Of a stretch of 64,000 nucleotides of DNA, positions 37,541-47,723 are shown piece by piece (the stretch's first letter is position 1; every line of letters starts with the position of its first letter). A program made the translations under genes and the position numbers. The stretch is from Prevotella sp. (lineage in GTDB: Bacteria; Bacteroidota; Bacteroidia; Bacteroidales; Bacteroidaceae): NCBI GenBank assembly GCA_017964785.1, contig JAGCRH010000132.1, positions 10,910 through 74,909 of the forward strand, written 5' to 3'. The notes beneath the pieces are model-generated. The model saw only the letters and a program-made list of their open reading frames with translations. It did not search any database and had not been told where the DNA came from.

Positions 37541-38407
37541 TTATTCAATTATTCTTCTTTTATAGTCATTAATGATGTCTGTTGCCATGCATGAATCCAA
37601 TATCTGATAACCATGGAGGTTTAAGTGGAACTTATCGTCCACAAATATAGAAAAATATCCTTCAAGGCCTTTTGCATTCCAATGATCTACTGGTATAAAT
37701 AAGATACTGTCTTTCAGATTGGTGTTGTTCAGCATATCATGCATCGCATCACGGTATTTTTGAGCACTCCCACAATCAACCCCTGTCCAAACGGACAGGA
37801 GGCGAAACATCCATCGTTCATAATACACTCTACGCTCAAAAGAACCCAAGAAATCTACATCAGGCATTTCCATTACGACTGGACGTATACCGTTTCGCAG
37901 CAATAATCTGATTATCAGACGGTAATTACCCGTATAATAATCCGTTGAGCGGAATAATCTAAGATCATTGATGCCTGCCATAATAACACAATAATCAGGA
38001 TGCTGCTCCAACAACGGCTGTGTACAGAAATCCTTCTCCCAGGCATGTTCAACCGTCCTGTCTGCGAACATATCATTGTAAATCTCTTTGGTCATTTTAC
38101 CACTATGCCCACGCGAGAAACACTTTACGGGGCTAGTTGTCAACGACTTGGCCACACGACAAAAAATAGTGTCACACTCCAGGCTTGCATGTATTTCCGC
38201 CCAACTGTCACCGATGACGGCAACACGCAATGTATCATCCAGATGTTTCGGGGGAATTGGGTATGCCGGATGTTCTGGGCTAACCTCCAACAACTCATCG
38301 TATTTATCTGACAACCATAAGAAAGCATACAATAAAAGAGGAGAACATAGCAGAAGAAATAATCTTCCCCTGTGATCATATAACCAGTTTATCAGACGAT
38401 CTATCAT
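37541..38407 (-). CDS. SGNH/GDSL hydrolase-family protein (paralog of 26033..26851)
   Basis: Motifs KHLDDTLRVAVIGDSWA, GHSG, AGIND and DKFHLN.HGY; N-terminal TM; -7 box TAACTTTG at 38450-38457. Confidence 0.85.
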   Translation of the reverse strand: MIDRLINWLYDHRGRLFLLLCSPLLLYAFLWLSDKYDELLEVSPEHPAYPIPPKHLDDTLRVAVIGDSWAEIHASLECDTIFCRVAKSLTTSPVKCFSRGHSGKMTKEIYNDMFADRTVEHAWEKDFCTQPLLEQHPDYCVIMAGINDLRLFRSTDYYTGNYRLIIRLLLRNGIRPVVMEMPDVDFLGSFERRVYYERWMFRLLSVWTGVDCGSAQKYRDAMHDMLNNTNLKDSILFIPVDHWNAKGLEGYFSIFVDDKFHLNLHGYQILDSCMATDIINDYKRRIIE

Positions 38408-38629
38408 CAATGATTGGTATACCCGTTGTTGAGAATAGAATATTTTTTGCAAAGTTACATTATTTTAATGAGTTACGAAAGACTGATGTGTTAAAAGGGG
38501 TTAAACAATTTGTGTTTTGTAAAGAAAAGAATTCAAATGTTATCCTTTTGTAGGGCTTTTCCGTTAATTATTTGGATAATTATTTGGAGTTTTCACAAAA
38601 AAAACGTATCTTTGCCAAAAAATAACAAC

Positions 38630-39619
38630 ATGACTAAACTGAGTATCATTATTCCGGTATACAATGTTGAAAAGTATATCAGGCCTTGTTTTGAAAGCAT
38701 TTTCAAACAAGGATTAAATGATAGAGACTTTGAATTGATCATTATAAATGATGGTACTAAAGACAGAAGCATGGAAATGATTGCAGATATCATTCAGACG
38801 CATAACAACATCACCATCATCAATCAGGAAAATCAAGGCTTGTCAGTCGTCCGCAATAATGGCATCGCTGTAGCAAAAGGTGAATATATCCTGATGCCTG
38901 ACTCTGACGATCTGCTTATAGAAAACAGTCTTAATCCCCTACTCGAAAAGGCTCTTGAATCACAGGCAGACTTAGTCGTAGCAGACTATCTGAGCATGAC
39001 TGACGAGGAAATAGAGCAGACCAATACTTCCCTGTTACAAAAAACAAAATTAGAATACAAAGAAAAAACGGGCGAAGAGTTATTCTTACAAGATCTTAAT
39101 CCGTACCATTGTTTTGTATGGCGTACGCTCTACAGAAGAGAATTCCTGATAGATAAAAAATTAACGTTTGTACCTGGCATCTACATCCAGGATGTACCCT
39201 TCACACATGAATGTTATTTGAAAGCCCAAAAGTGTATCAGGACATCATGGTTGTTAAACATTTATAGAAAGGGACACGAATCTGCCACATATTCCTTTAA
39301 TATAAAAAAAGCGAAGGATTTCTGTACAGCCATCGCCAAGACTTGGGAACTGACACGTCTTGAATATCTTTCCCCCCAAATACAAGAAAAACTTCGAGAA
39401 GATGTCTACACCTCGTTTTCCATGATAATTTGGATTACCGTTCACAAGATCAAGAAACAGTCTGAAAGAATAGAAATCATTGATTTCTTAAAGTACCAAG
39501 CGCCTGATTTATGGTTCAGAAATGGTACAAAACAGAAACTGGAATCCTATATGTATCATTACCTACCTCATTGGTTTATTCACTTGCGATATTTTTATGC
39601 CACCATTTGTCGAAAATAA
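38630..39619 (+). CDS. Glycosyltransferase family 2
   Basis: Motifs LSIIIPVYNVEKY, INDG.KD, NQGLSVVRN and DSDD; -7 box TATCTTTG at 38607-38614. Confidence 0.9.
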   Translation: MTKLSIIIPVYNVEKYIRPCFESIFKQGLNDRDFELIIINDGTKDRSMEMIADIIQTHNNITIINQENQGLSVVRNNGIAVAKGEYILMPDSDDLLIENSLNPLLEKALESQADLVVADYLSMTDEEIEQTNTSLLQKTKLEYKEKTGEELFLQDLNPYHCFVWRTLYRREFLIDKKLTFVPGIYIQDVPFTHECYLKAQKCIRTSWLLNIYRKGHESATYSFNIKKAKDFCTAIAKTWELTRLEYLSPQIQEKLREDVYTSFSMIIWITVHKIKKQSERIEIIDFLKYQAPDLWFRNGTKQKLESYMYHYLPHWFIHLRYFYATICRK

Positions 39620-39649
39620 GAACATTCATCCATTAAATTCCAGATTATA

Positions 39650-40795
39650 ATGAAAATAGTATACGTTTATTCCACAATGGCAGTTGCAGGTGGTACAGAA
39701 AGAATGATAACAGAAAAGGCAAACTATCTTTCTGAACGTTATGGGTATAATGTTACTATTATTACATGCTTTCAGCGTACAAATGAAAATAACTTTTTTC
39801 ATCTATCTAAGAATATCAAACAAATCCATCTCGAGATCCCATTCTTTTCTCAATATAAATACAAATATCCTAAGAGATTATGGGTAAAATGGCAAATGAA
39901 CAGGTTATTGAAGAAAAGTATTAAAAACGTTGTGCTAGAAATAAATCCAGACATTCTGATAGGAGTATCCCGATTCAAATCCAATTATGTAAGTACCATA
40001 AAATGCAAAGCAAAAAAAGTAATAGAGTGTCATGAAGTCAGGTATAACACAATCCGTGATACAGGATTGGATCGATCTTTTCTAACTAGAGTTTTTTTCA
40101 ATATTTACGAATTCTTTTATTTTAGAACTATAGAACGTAATGCAGACGTTGTCATTACATTAACAGAAGGAGACAAGATGTTATGGAAACGGGCAAAGCG
40201 GACAGAGGTGATTCCCAACTTCTCAACTATGCCAATTAGCCAATATACCGACTGTACTTCAAAGCGTGTAATCGCGGTTGGACGTTTGGCATGGGAAAAA
40301 GGATTTGGAAGATTGATAGAAGCATGGAGAATTGTCTCTTCCAAACATTCAGACTGGCACTTAGACATATATGGAGAGGGGAGCATGCATGACACCTTAA
40401 TAGCCTTAGCAAAATTATGTAAAGCCCCAAACTTGACCTTTCACAACGTCATGTCTAACATTAGTCACGAATATGCCACCAGTTCTATATGTGCTGTCAC
40501 TTCATATTTTGAAGGTTTTTCACTGGTGTTACTTGAAGCCATGAAACATGGTGTACCATGCGTTGCTTTTAATTGTCCTTTTGGGCCTGGAAGTATTATC
40601 AATGATGCGAACAATGGTTTTTTGGTATATGATGGTGAAATCAGAATCTTTGCTGATAGACTTTGCCGTCTGATTGAAGATGAAAATCTGAGAAAACAAT
40701 TCTCAAAAGCAGCGATAGAAAAATCGAAGACCTTTGACGTAGATGTCATCATGAACAAGTGGAAAGAATTGTTCGAACAGATACTCAACGGATAA
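39650..40795 (+). CDS. Glycosyltransferase family 4
   Basis: Motifs GGTERM..EKANY, VGRL..EKG and S.FEGFSLVLLEAM..G.P.V.F.CP.GP. Confidence 0.9.
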   Translation: MKIVYVYSTMAVAGGTERMITEKANYLSERYGYNVTIITCFQRTNENNFFHLSKNIKQIHLEIPFFSQYKYKYPKRLWVKWQMNRLLKKSIKNVVLEINPDILIGVSRFKSNYVSTIKCKAKKVIECHEVRYNTIRDTGLDRSFLTRVFFNIYEFFYFRTIERNADVVITLTEGDKMLWKRAKRTEVIPNFSTMPISQYTDCTSKRVIAVGRLAWEKGFGRLIEAWRIVSSKHSDWHLDIYGEGSMHDTLIALAKLCKAPNLTFHNVMSNISHEYATSSICAVTSYFEGFSLVLLEAMKHGVPCVAFNCPFGPGSIINDANNGFLVYDGEIRIFADRLCRLIEDENLRKQFSKAAIEKSKTFDVDVIMNKWKELFEQILNG

Positions 40796-40806
40796 GACCA
40801 CAATAG

Positions 40807-41940
40807 TTATCTGAGATATCCTTTGATTGTGTTATACATATTCCTTGTTGTCTGATTACTCTCTATCCTCGTTCTCAAATGGGTCCATTTTTCCCTAAAC
40901 CACATTTCAAAATCTGTGTTCTTTTTTTCCCGACTTGAATATTCTTGATTAGTATCTTTCAAACGACATTCCATAAACTCTTTCATATTGGGTTTTAGCC
41001 ATTCCGAACCATCGCTACAGGATCGATTCCTCAAAGCGGCATAGGTAGGAGCCTTATGTTCGGGTATGGCACCAAATGTTAGAAATGCATGGGCATTATA
41101 GCAATGAGGTTGCTGACAATAATGGCCAATGGCCTTAAACCTAATTGGCTTTGTCACATCGTCAAAAATATTCTGATTGAAGAGTGAGCAATAACACTGA
41201 TGAAGAATTCCAGACCCCATATCCAAATATAGCGTCCAATCACCAGCATAACAAAATTCTTCACGCTTCTGTGAGAAAACAGAAAACTTGTACTTAAACA
41301 ACTCTGAATCATACACACTCCATGTCTTATAATAGTCTTCTAAAGACATCTCTGTCAATATCGGGATAATCGACCTATTATGCATGTCTCTCGCTACTGT
41401 TACATGACACACTGCACCTACTTCCTTTACAGCCAAAGCCTTCATCTCATCAATATATGGAATCAACTCATCAGAAGGTGTTGCTTCCAATGTGAACGAA
41501 GCACCAGCATCCCTCATTTTCCTAATGTTGGCAAAAAACCTTTCAAACAAGTTACGTTTCTTCAACTCAAGAAAATGATATGAGAACTTAAAGAACAAAC
41601 GTTCCAATAGTTCCATTGGCCATTCAACCATCTCATTAAAAGCCCTGTCTACTGTAGCATTTGTTACTACCATCACATAATGCCCCTCTTCAAGCAATGC
41701 CCTAATATATTTAGGCATCTCGGGCGGAAGTAAAGTTTCACCTCCTCCACATAGATTTATCATACAGATGCCTCCAAGACGTTCCTTAGACAATCCCTTT
41801 CGGAATGTCTCAACATCATATTTGAAGGTCGGAAGTTTATTATCAAACAATCTGTTATGTGTAATATAGCAATAATGGCACCTTAGCGTACAAGTAGTAA
41901 CCGGAACTTGAATATCAATAAAACGTTTCATTACCTCCAT
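40807..41940 (-). CDS. Radical SAM protein with a C-terminal Cys cluster (SPASM/twitch-like)
   Basis: CTLRCHYC (CxxxCxxC), GGGET, VTN; C-terminal CYAG...CYC...C...HC. Confidence 0.85.
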   Translation of the reverse strand: MEVMKRFIDIQVPVTTCTLRCHYCYITHNRLFDNKLPTFKYDVETFRKGLSKERLGGICMINLCGGGETLLPPEMPKYIRALLEEGHYVMVVTNATVDRAFNEMVEWPMELLERLFFKFSYHFLELKKRNLFERFFANIRKMRDAGASFTLEATPSDELIPYIDEMKALAVKEVGAVCHVTVARDMHNRSIIPILTEMSLEDYYKTWSVYDSELFKYKFSVFSQKREEFCYAGDWTLYLDMGSGILHQCYCSLFNQNIFDDVTKPIRFKAIGHYCQQPHCYNAHAFLTFGAIPEHKAPTYAALRNRSCSDGSEWLKPNMKEFMECRLKDTNQEYSSREKKNTDFEMWFREKWTHLRTRIESNQTTRNMYNTIKGYLR

Positions 41941-41970
41941 AATGATCTCCCTTTTCAATTTGAGAAAAGA

Positions 41971-42921
41971 CTATTCCATAAACTTAACATTTGGAAAGTC
42001 TTTTAGCCATGTATTATACAATGCAGAATTTTTGTGGTAAGAGTTATCAAAGAAATACACCTGTTTATTGAGCAGTACTGCAAGAACAGCCACATGTAGG
42101 CGAGTTGTGTAGATTATATCATATTTGTTAACAAATCTAATACCACTTCGCAAATAATAAGGTATGATTAGTTTTTGCCATATATAATCCTCAACATGCA
42201 AAAAAGTTCTCGGATACCACCAGATAGTTCTTGAAAGTTGTATAAACCTCAAGTATTTCCCGTAGAATCTTAACATTTTGTTTTCCAATGTTGGCCAATC
42301 ATGAATCTCGGCATTATCTGGAACAATATCATATTTTGAATTTGAAACAAACTCTTTATCTCTTCTTTTGAGAAACAGCACTCTACCTTCACCAGATTTC
42401 GGTTTTAAAAGCCTTCTATCCGTATAAAATGCCATGTCTGGGACAAGTAATATATTATTATTTACAAAATGTTTCCTTAAGACTTCGAATGAATCTCTAT
42501 CTCTTGCACAAATGGTCATACGCTTGCCACACAATGAATAGATCTTGACATCCTCATCCAAGTTCTTTTTATCAAGATAAGAAACACTCTGAGGAAAAAT
42601 AAGAAAATGATTCTCTGGGTGTTCAGAAATAATTTTATTTCTAAAAATAGAGTAGTCTCTCCACAAATCGCCAAAATTACCACCTCCATTGAATAATATC
42701 AAGGTGTTTTTTGATATCTTTCTTTTATCGAATGTATAACTAGAAGAACAATATAAACAACGGTATGGAGCCTTCTTTAATAATATTATGGCTGCAGATG
42801 CTATTAGAGAATCACCGACATTAGGGTGATATGGCAAATCCAGAAATACATAATCGCGATCAATCAATGGCAATAGTCGCTCTTCCAAGAGTTGGCATAA
42901 CACATCTAAATTCATTATCAT
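41971..42921 (-). CDS. Polysaccharide pyruvyl transferase family
   Basis: Motifs NVGD.LI, GGGNFGDLW, PQS, RD..S, PDMAF, R.DKE, DW and T.RLH. Confidence 0.88.
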   Translation of the reverse strand: MIMNLDVLCQLLEERLLPLIDRDYVFLDLPYHPNVGDSLIASAAIILLKKAPYRCLYCSSSYTFDKRKISKNTLILFNGGGNFGDLWRDYSIFRNKIISEHPENHFLIFPQSVSYLDKKNLDEDVKIYSLCGKRMTICARDRDSFEVLRKHFVNNNILLVPDMAFYTDRRLLKPKSGEGRVLFLKRRDKEFVSNSKYDIVPDNAEIHDWPTLENKMLRFYGKYLRFIQLSRTIWWYPRTFLHVEDYIWQKLIIPYYLRSGIRFVNKYDIIYTTRLHVAVLAVLLNKQVYFFDNSYHKNSALYNTWLKDFPNVKFME

Positions 42922-42930
42922 AACACAAAA

Positions 42931-43965
42931 CTAAGATAATTTATATACAAAATAATCTAATCTATAAACATTAGCACGAAAAACGTTCAATTTCACTAAC
43001 TTGCAGAAAGGTTTAAATAGTGTAAGAAAAAGAATGGCCATAAAAGGACGGACATGACATACAGAACTCCATAACAACTTTCGCTTTATCATTTTGAGTT
43101 TCATACAGGTCTGTTGTTCACCCCCAAAATGTTCAACGAGATCTATTGTTCTAAGCATCCAGTGATATACAAAAAGCCGGTGTTCTACAAAAAGTTTTCT
43201 ATGACCATCAATCACAGGCGGATGGTTTATTAGGAAATCAGTTATAAAGACAAAACTCCATACCATCTTATTGGCACGTTCATTAGGTGTATGAATAATA
43301 GAAGTAGGATTATTCTCATAGATATAAGTTAATTCTGGAATAATCAAAATAGAGGCTACACATGAAAATAGCCGATAAGTCCACGTCACATCCTCATAAA
43401 GTAGTCCGACATCGAAAAACAGATCATTATCAATCACTAATGTTCGGCGAACAAATTTATTCCACGCCGTACGACTTATTTTGCGCCTGAGAACATTTTG
43501 CATTATTATTTTTTTGTCCTCTATCAAACATATATGACTATCATTATTGTTTATTGGCGTATTTGACAAATAATTCTCTTCAATACTCATAGAATTACCC
43601 ATTATCATATCCACATAAGGATATCTTATGGCATATGAAACAAAACATTTAAATGATTTCTCAAGAATGAAATCATCCGAATCAATAAAGAACAGATAAT
43701 CACCCGTTGATTCCCTAATCCCTGAATTGCGAGCCTCTGATAATCCTCTATTTACTTCATGTCTGATTACCTTAAATGAAATGGAGGTTCCCTCATAATT
43801 GTCTATCATGTCGTTAACAATACTCATACTGTCATCGGGTGAGCAATCATCAACGATCAAACATTCTATTTGATAGTCTTCACTTTCCTGATCTATCACA
43901 GACTGGAGGCACCGACGAATGTATTTTTCAACTTTATAAACAGGTATTATTACAGAAATAGTCAT
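42931..43965 (-). CDS. Glycosyltransferase family 2
   Basis: Motifs ISVIIPVY.VEKY, VDDCSPD, NRGLSEARN, FIDSDD, AWNK and YED. ATGA-coupled start at 43965. Confidence 0.9.
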   Translation of the reverse strand: MTISVIIPVYKVEKYIRRCLQSVIDQESEDYQIECLIVDDCSPDDSMSIVNDMIDNYEGTSISFKVIRHEVNRGLSEARNSGIRESTGDYLFFIDSDDFILEKSFKCFVSYAIRYPYVDMIMGNSMSIEENYLSNTPINNNDSHICLIEDKKIIMQNVLRRKISRTAWNKFVRRTLVIDNDLFFDVGLLYEDVTWTYRLFSCVASILIIPELTYIYENNPTSIIHTPNERANKMVWSFVFITDFLINHPPVIDGHRKLFVEHRLFVYHWMLRTIDLVEHFGGEQQTCMKLKMIKRKLLWSSVCHVRPFMAILFLTLFKPFCKLVKLNVFRANVYRLDYFVYKLS

Positions 43966-44990
43966 AATAAAAAACTCTTCAAATGTTCTACTGTTTTCCT
44001 CATCTTCTCGTTCATATCCTCTGAGACTTTCCAACCAAGTTTCTCCAATTTGTCAACAGAGAAAACGGACTTGGACACAGGATTAAAATTTCTCTTCTCC
44101 GTTTCAGATGGTACATCCATGATAATCTTCGTTTTCCCGATCTTTGCCAACGTCTCCGCTAACTGTCTAATCGTCAAGACAGAATTGGAATCCGCAACAT
44201 TATATGCCTCACCAGACTTCCCTTTCAATAAGATGTACAAAAGGGCTGATACGCAATCAACAACATAACACCAAGAACGGAGTTGCTCTCCAGAACTCTT
44301 CAAAACGATATCCTCTCCGTTGAGAATGTTTCTGATAAACTGTGCGTAAACACGATTATCTGACTCTGTATAATTAGGTCCGTAAATATGACAAGGCCGG
44401 GCTATCACAATATCAGCACCATATTCAACAGCATACGAAGCACATAATGTTTCAGCCGTTCTTTTCGAGGACGGATAGCAAGAACGAGGACTCAAACAAT
44501 CAACATAACCGCTATACTCTTCGGAAATAACACGACCATCGCCTTCGCCATATATTTCTCCGGAAGAAACATATAAGAACCTCTTCATACCATGACTTAA
44601 CCCATATTCCATCAAGTTGGAAACCCCCATAATATTGGCCTTGACTATTTCTACGGGATTCTTTGAAAAGGCATTAGGACTTGCATTACTGGCGGCATGA
44701 ATAATATAATCAAACTCTACATCATTTTGAAGTGGCAACAATACATCATACTTTACAAAATGAAATGAATCCATGGAGAGATAACTCTCAAATCGTTTCT
44801 TGGCTCTCTCCGTATTCCGACCTGAAGCATATACGGAATAATCACGACGTGGATTAGACATCAGGACTTCAACCAATGTACTACCAATTAACCCTGTCGC
44901 ACCTGTTACGAGAATATTCGTACCTGAGAGTTTGTGCCAAGGTAAATTCTCATAAAAGATTTTTTGGATATCATCGCGATAAGTATTCAT
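43962..44990 (-). CDS. NAD-dependent epimerase/dehydratase (extended SDR), probably the reductase partner for CDP-alditol synthesis
   Basis: Motifs TGATGLIG, IHAAS, SS.EIYG and YPSSKR (YxxxK); coupled to the TarI-like gene. Confidence 0.85.
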   Translation of the reverse strand: MNTYRDDIQKIFYENLPWHKLSGTNILVTGATGLIGSTLVEVLMSNPRRDYSVYASGRNTERAKKRFESYLSMDSFHFVKYDVLLPLQNDVEFDYIIHAASNASPNAFSKNPVEIVKANIMGVSNLMEYGLSHGMKRFLYVSSGEIYGEGDGRVISEEYSGYVDCLSPRSCYPSSKRTAETLCASYAVEYGADIVIARPCHIYGPNYTESDNRVYAQFIRNILNGEDIVLKSSGEQLRSWCYVVDCVSALLYILLKGKSGEAYNVADSNSVLTIRQLAETLAKIGKTKIIMDVPSETEKRNFNPVSKSVFSVDKLEKLGWKVSEDMNEKMRKTVEHLKSFLL

Positions 44991-45703
44991 TTTAGCCATT
45001 GATCTTTTGTCGTGTGCATCAAGGCCTTCAAGATTTCAAGGTCTTCTACTGTTGTAACCTTAATGTTCTTCTCTGATCCCGGAACTATATGCATTTCCCG
45101 ATTTCCCAACTCTGCACATAAAGTACAAGATGCCACAGATTCTGTAATGCCTTTGGATTCTGCTTCTTTGTGAGCATCTATAATATTCTTCAATGTAAAA
45201 GTCTGTGGTGTCTGCGTACGAACCAACATATCACGAGGAATACTAGTAGTAGATGAAAAACCATCTTTGCTTTCCAAAATCGCCTCCCGACATTTGATTC
45301 CCGTTATTGCATAGCCATATGACTTACATATCGCAATATTACTACTTATTATTTCTTGTGATAGCAAAGGTCGGACAGCATCATGAATCAGCACCAAATC
45401 ATCATCAGAGCAACCGGCCTCCTTCAATCCGAAAATACCATTGTGTATAGACTCCATTCCTGAATTACCTCCAGGAAAAATATACTTCAATTTTGTTATT
45501 CTGTATTGATTTGCATAACTCTGTAAGACCGTCTCCCATCCTGTCAGGCATACCACAGCAATAAGTGCAATGTCTGGATGCTGCTGGAAACATTGAAGAG
45601 TATGGATAATAATTGGAGCATTTTCTACGTACATAAACTGTTTGGGGATGTCCTGTCCCATACGATTCCCTGATCCGCCGGCAATAATAAGCGCGATATT
45701 CAT
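44987..45703 (-). CDS. IspD/TarI-family cytidylyltransferase (CDP-ribitol/alditol synthesis)
   Basis: Motifs IIAGGSG.RM..DIPKQF, LIHDAVRP, QTPQ.F and NIKVTT.EDL; sits between licD and an SDR gene. Confidence 0.88.
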   Translation of the reverse strand: MNIALIIAGGSGNRMGQDIPKQFMYVENAPIIIHTLQCFQQHPDIALIAVVCLTGWETVLQSYANQYRITKLKYIFPGGNSGMESIHNGIFGLKEAGCSDDDLVLIHDAVRPLLSQEIISSNIAICKSYGYAITGIKCREAILESKDGFSSTTSIPRDMLVRTQTPQTFTLKNIIDAHKEAESKGITESVASCTLCAELGNREMHIVPGSEKNIKVTTVEDLEILKALMHTTKDQWLK

Positions 45704-45722
45704 AAATATAGTTTATTAATCG

Positions 45723-46520
45723 TTATTTTTGGATTCCATCTTTCCACCATGCTTCGAAAGTATGGTGTGTAACTCTATGCTCTTCTGGTGGTAACTGCAT
45801 ATAATCACCATAAATACTCCTAAGCCATGTATCATAGCCTATTGGGACTCGAAATCTTCTTCCTTCAAACTCCTGATAGATGTCACTATCAAAGACTGAT
45901 TTGTCAACCATTTCTCCAACGCCCAAGGGATTTGCAATCACTCCAGCCATAGGAACACTGCCGAATGCATACTTGCGTGCCTCGTTGTCCATCCATTCTG
46001 CAATCTTATGGGCAGAGAATGGTAGCAACAACAATTTACCGAAAGTATTAATGATTTTTTTTGAAAACGTCCTATGATAATAATTTGCCTTCTTTGTGTT
46101 AAGAAACTTATGAAGTAACATTATCTTTTTTATTTGAGTCACTTCATTAACGCCATCTGCAGGAAATACGTCAATGTAAACTCCGAAAGTATCTCCAGGA
46201 TAATGGAGTTCATTCATAATTGTACGATTGTCATACACTTTTGCGAAAGAATACGCATAGTCTGGGTTAATATCCAGATTCACCACTTGATAATAGTTAT
46301 CTGGCTGGTTGAATGTCTTCACAAACTGATCATAATCCGGCCTGGGCATAGCGATATCAATATCATCATCCCAAGGAATAAAACCCTTGTGACGAATAGC
46401 ACCAATGAGTGTTCCACCACATAAGAAATATCTAAGACCGTTTTTCTCACAAAAGTCTGCGGTCTTCTGTAATAAATCCAATTGAACGGATCTCAGTTCA
46501 TCAAGAGCAATTGCTTTCAT
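45723..46520 (-). CDS. licD: LicD-family phosphotransferase
   Basis: Motifs GGTLIGAIRHKGFIPWDDDIDIAMPRPDY, IDVFP.D, FEG and L...YGDYMQLPP; -7 box TATCTTTG at 46541-46548. Confidence 0.92.
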   Translation of the reverse strand: MKAIALDELRSVQLDLLQKTADFCEKNGLRYFLCGGTLIGAIRHKGFIPWDDDIDIAMPRPDYDQFVKTFNQPDNYYQVVNLDINPDYAYSFAKVYDNRTIMNELHYPGDTFGVYIDVFPADGVNEVTQIKKIMLLHKFLNTKKANYYHRTFSKKIINTFGKLLLLPFSAHKIAEWMDNEARKYAFGSVPMAGVIANPLGVGEMVDKSVFDSDIYQEFEGRRFRVPIGYDTWLRSIYGDYMQLPPEEHRVTHHTFEAWWKDGIQK

Positions 46521-46559
46521 AATCCATATATTTTATTGTGCAAAGATACGAATAAACCA

Positions 46560-47720
46560 CTAAACCACCAAGAAATCACAAAAAATAGCATCCAAAACTC
46601 GTTGCATCTGGGTTTTCCACTTCAAATGTTCCACCGTTTTGCGAATATCCTCAGGTTTCATCGTGAAATGATTCATGAAATCAATGATTTGCTGAATATC
46701 TACAGGTGACTCGTCGGCAGGAACTTTTAAAACGTAGGGCTGCTGGTCAAAATCACTGTCTTGTTCACTATAAACAAAAGGCATGCCACGAGTGGCATAT
46801 TCACGGTTCTTCAGCGTTTTAATAACTGTGATACCACTTCTATGGCGTCCAAGGGAACCTATAGCAAATTGGCATTGATTGAAAACATCTGTCAACTTAT
46901 CGCCAAAAAGTTGTCCATGGAAAACGACCTTATCTTGTATTCCATATTTGTCAATAATGTTTTTAAATCCCGGATGATAAGCACAGTCCTCATACATCTG
47001 ATGAGGATGAACACCACCAACAATATGAAAAATGACATCTCGTTGTCCACCATTTCTATAATATTCCCCAAGACCTGCTATCAGACGGTCATAGGCATGC
47101 CAAATGTGTACTTCTGCCACACCAATTAAATGCAATTGATTATTAGGCACGACAATATTGGGCTCATGAAGCGGTATGCTATCAAAGTCCACACCATTGC
47201 TAATATTAATTGTACGCTGACCAAAAATATCTTTTGCATCAGAAAAGGTCACCATGGCATCCATATATCGATAGAGGCTGTGACGAAACCGTTTATCAAC
47301 TATGAATCGGAAAGGTTGCCTCCATATATGAGAACTAAACTCTGAGTCATAAGGATATGTCGGGATCTCAGTGACAGCATGTATACCTGCATGCTGGAAT
47401 TTTTTAAATAGATTGGTAAGCCATGGACTCGCATTCATGAAACTGCGAGCATAAATAAACTCAATTTTTTCTCGAATACAATAATCATAAATACACTTAT
47501 AGTCAACGCGTTGACGAATTGCAGCGATGCGTCCCGTACCATAATCCTTCAAAATGGTATCGTCCACATACCGACATTTATGCCCATTCTCTGCGAAACC
47601 ATAATAGCACAATCTAACCTCGTGACCGTTCTCACGCAATCCCTTCACCTGAGAGTGGATTTTCTTAGAGATACCACTATGATCTGAAAAACCATGATAA
47701 ACCAAGAAAAGTATCCGCAT
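46560..47720 (-). CDS. GT-B fold glycosyltransferase (GT4-like)
   Basis: Motifs GISKKI, EIPTYPY, NGVD, WHAYDR and LKNREY..RG.PF. Confidence 0.78.
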   Translation of the reverse strand: MRILFLVYHGFSDHSGISKKIHSQVKGLRENGHEVRLCYYGFAENGHKCRYVDDTILKDYGTGRIAAIRQRVDYKCIYDYCIREKIEFIYARSFMNASPWLTNLFKKFQHAGIHAVTEIPTYPYDSEFSSHIWRQPFRFIVDKRFRHSLYRYMDAMVTFSDAKDIFGQRTINISNGVDFDSIPLHEPNIVVPNNQLHLIGVAEVHIWHAYDRLIAGLGEYYRNGGQRDVIFHIVGGVHPHQMYEDCAYHPGFKNIIDKYGIQDKVVFHGQLFGDKLTDVFNQCQFAIGSLGRHRSGITVIKTLKNREYATRGMPFVYSEQDSDFDQQPYVLKVPADESPVDIQQIIDFMNHFTMKPEDIRKTVEHLKWKTQMQRVLDAIFCDFLVV

Positions 47721-47723
47721 ATC

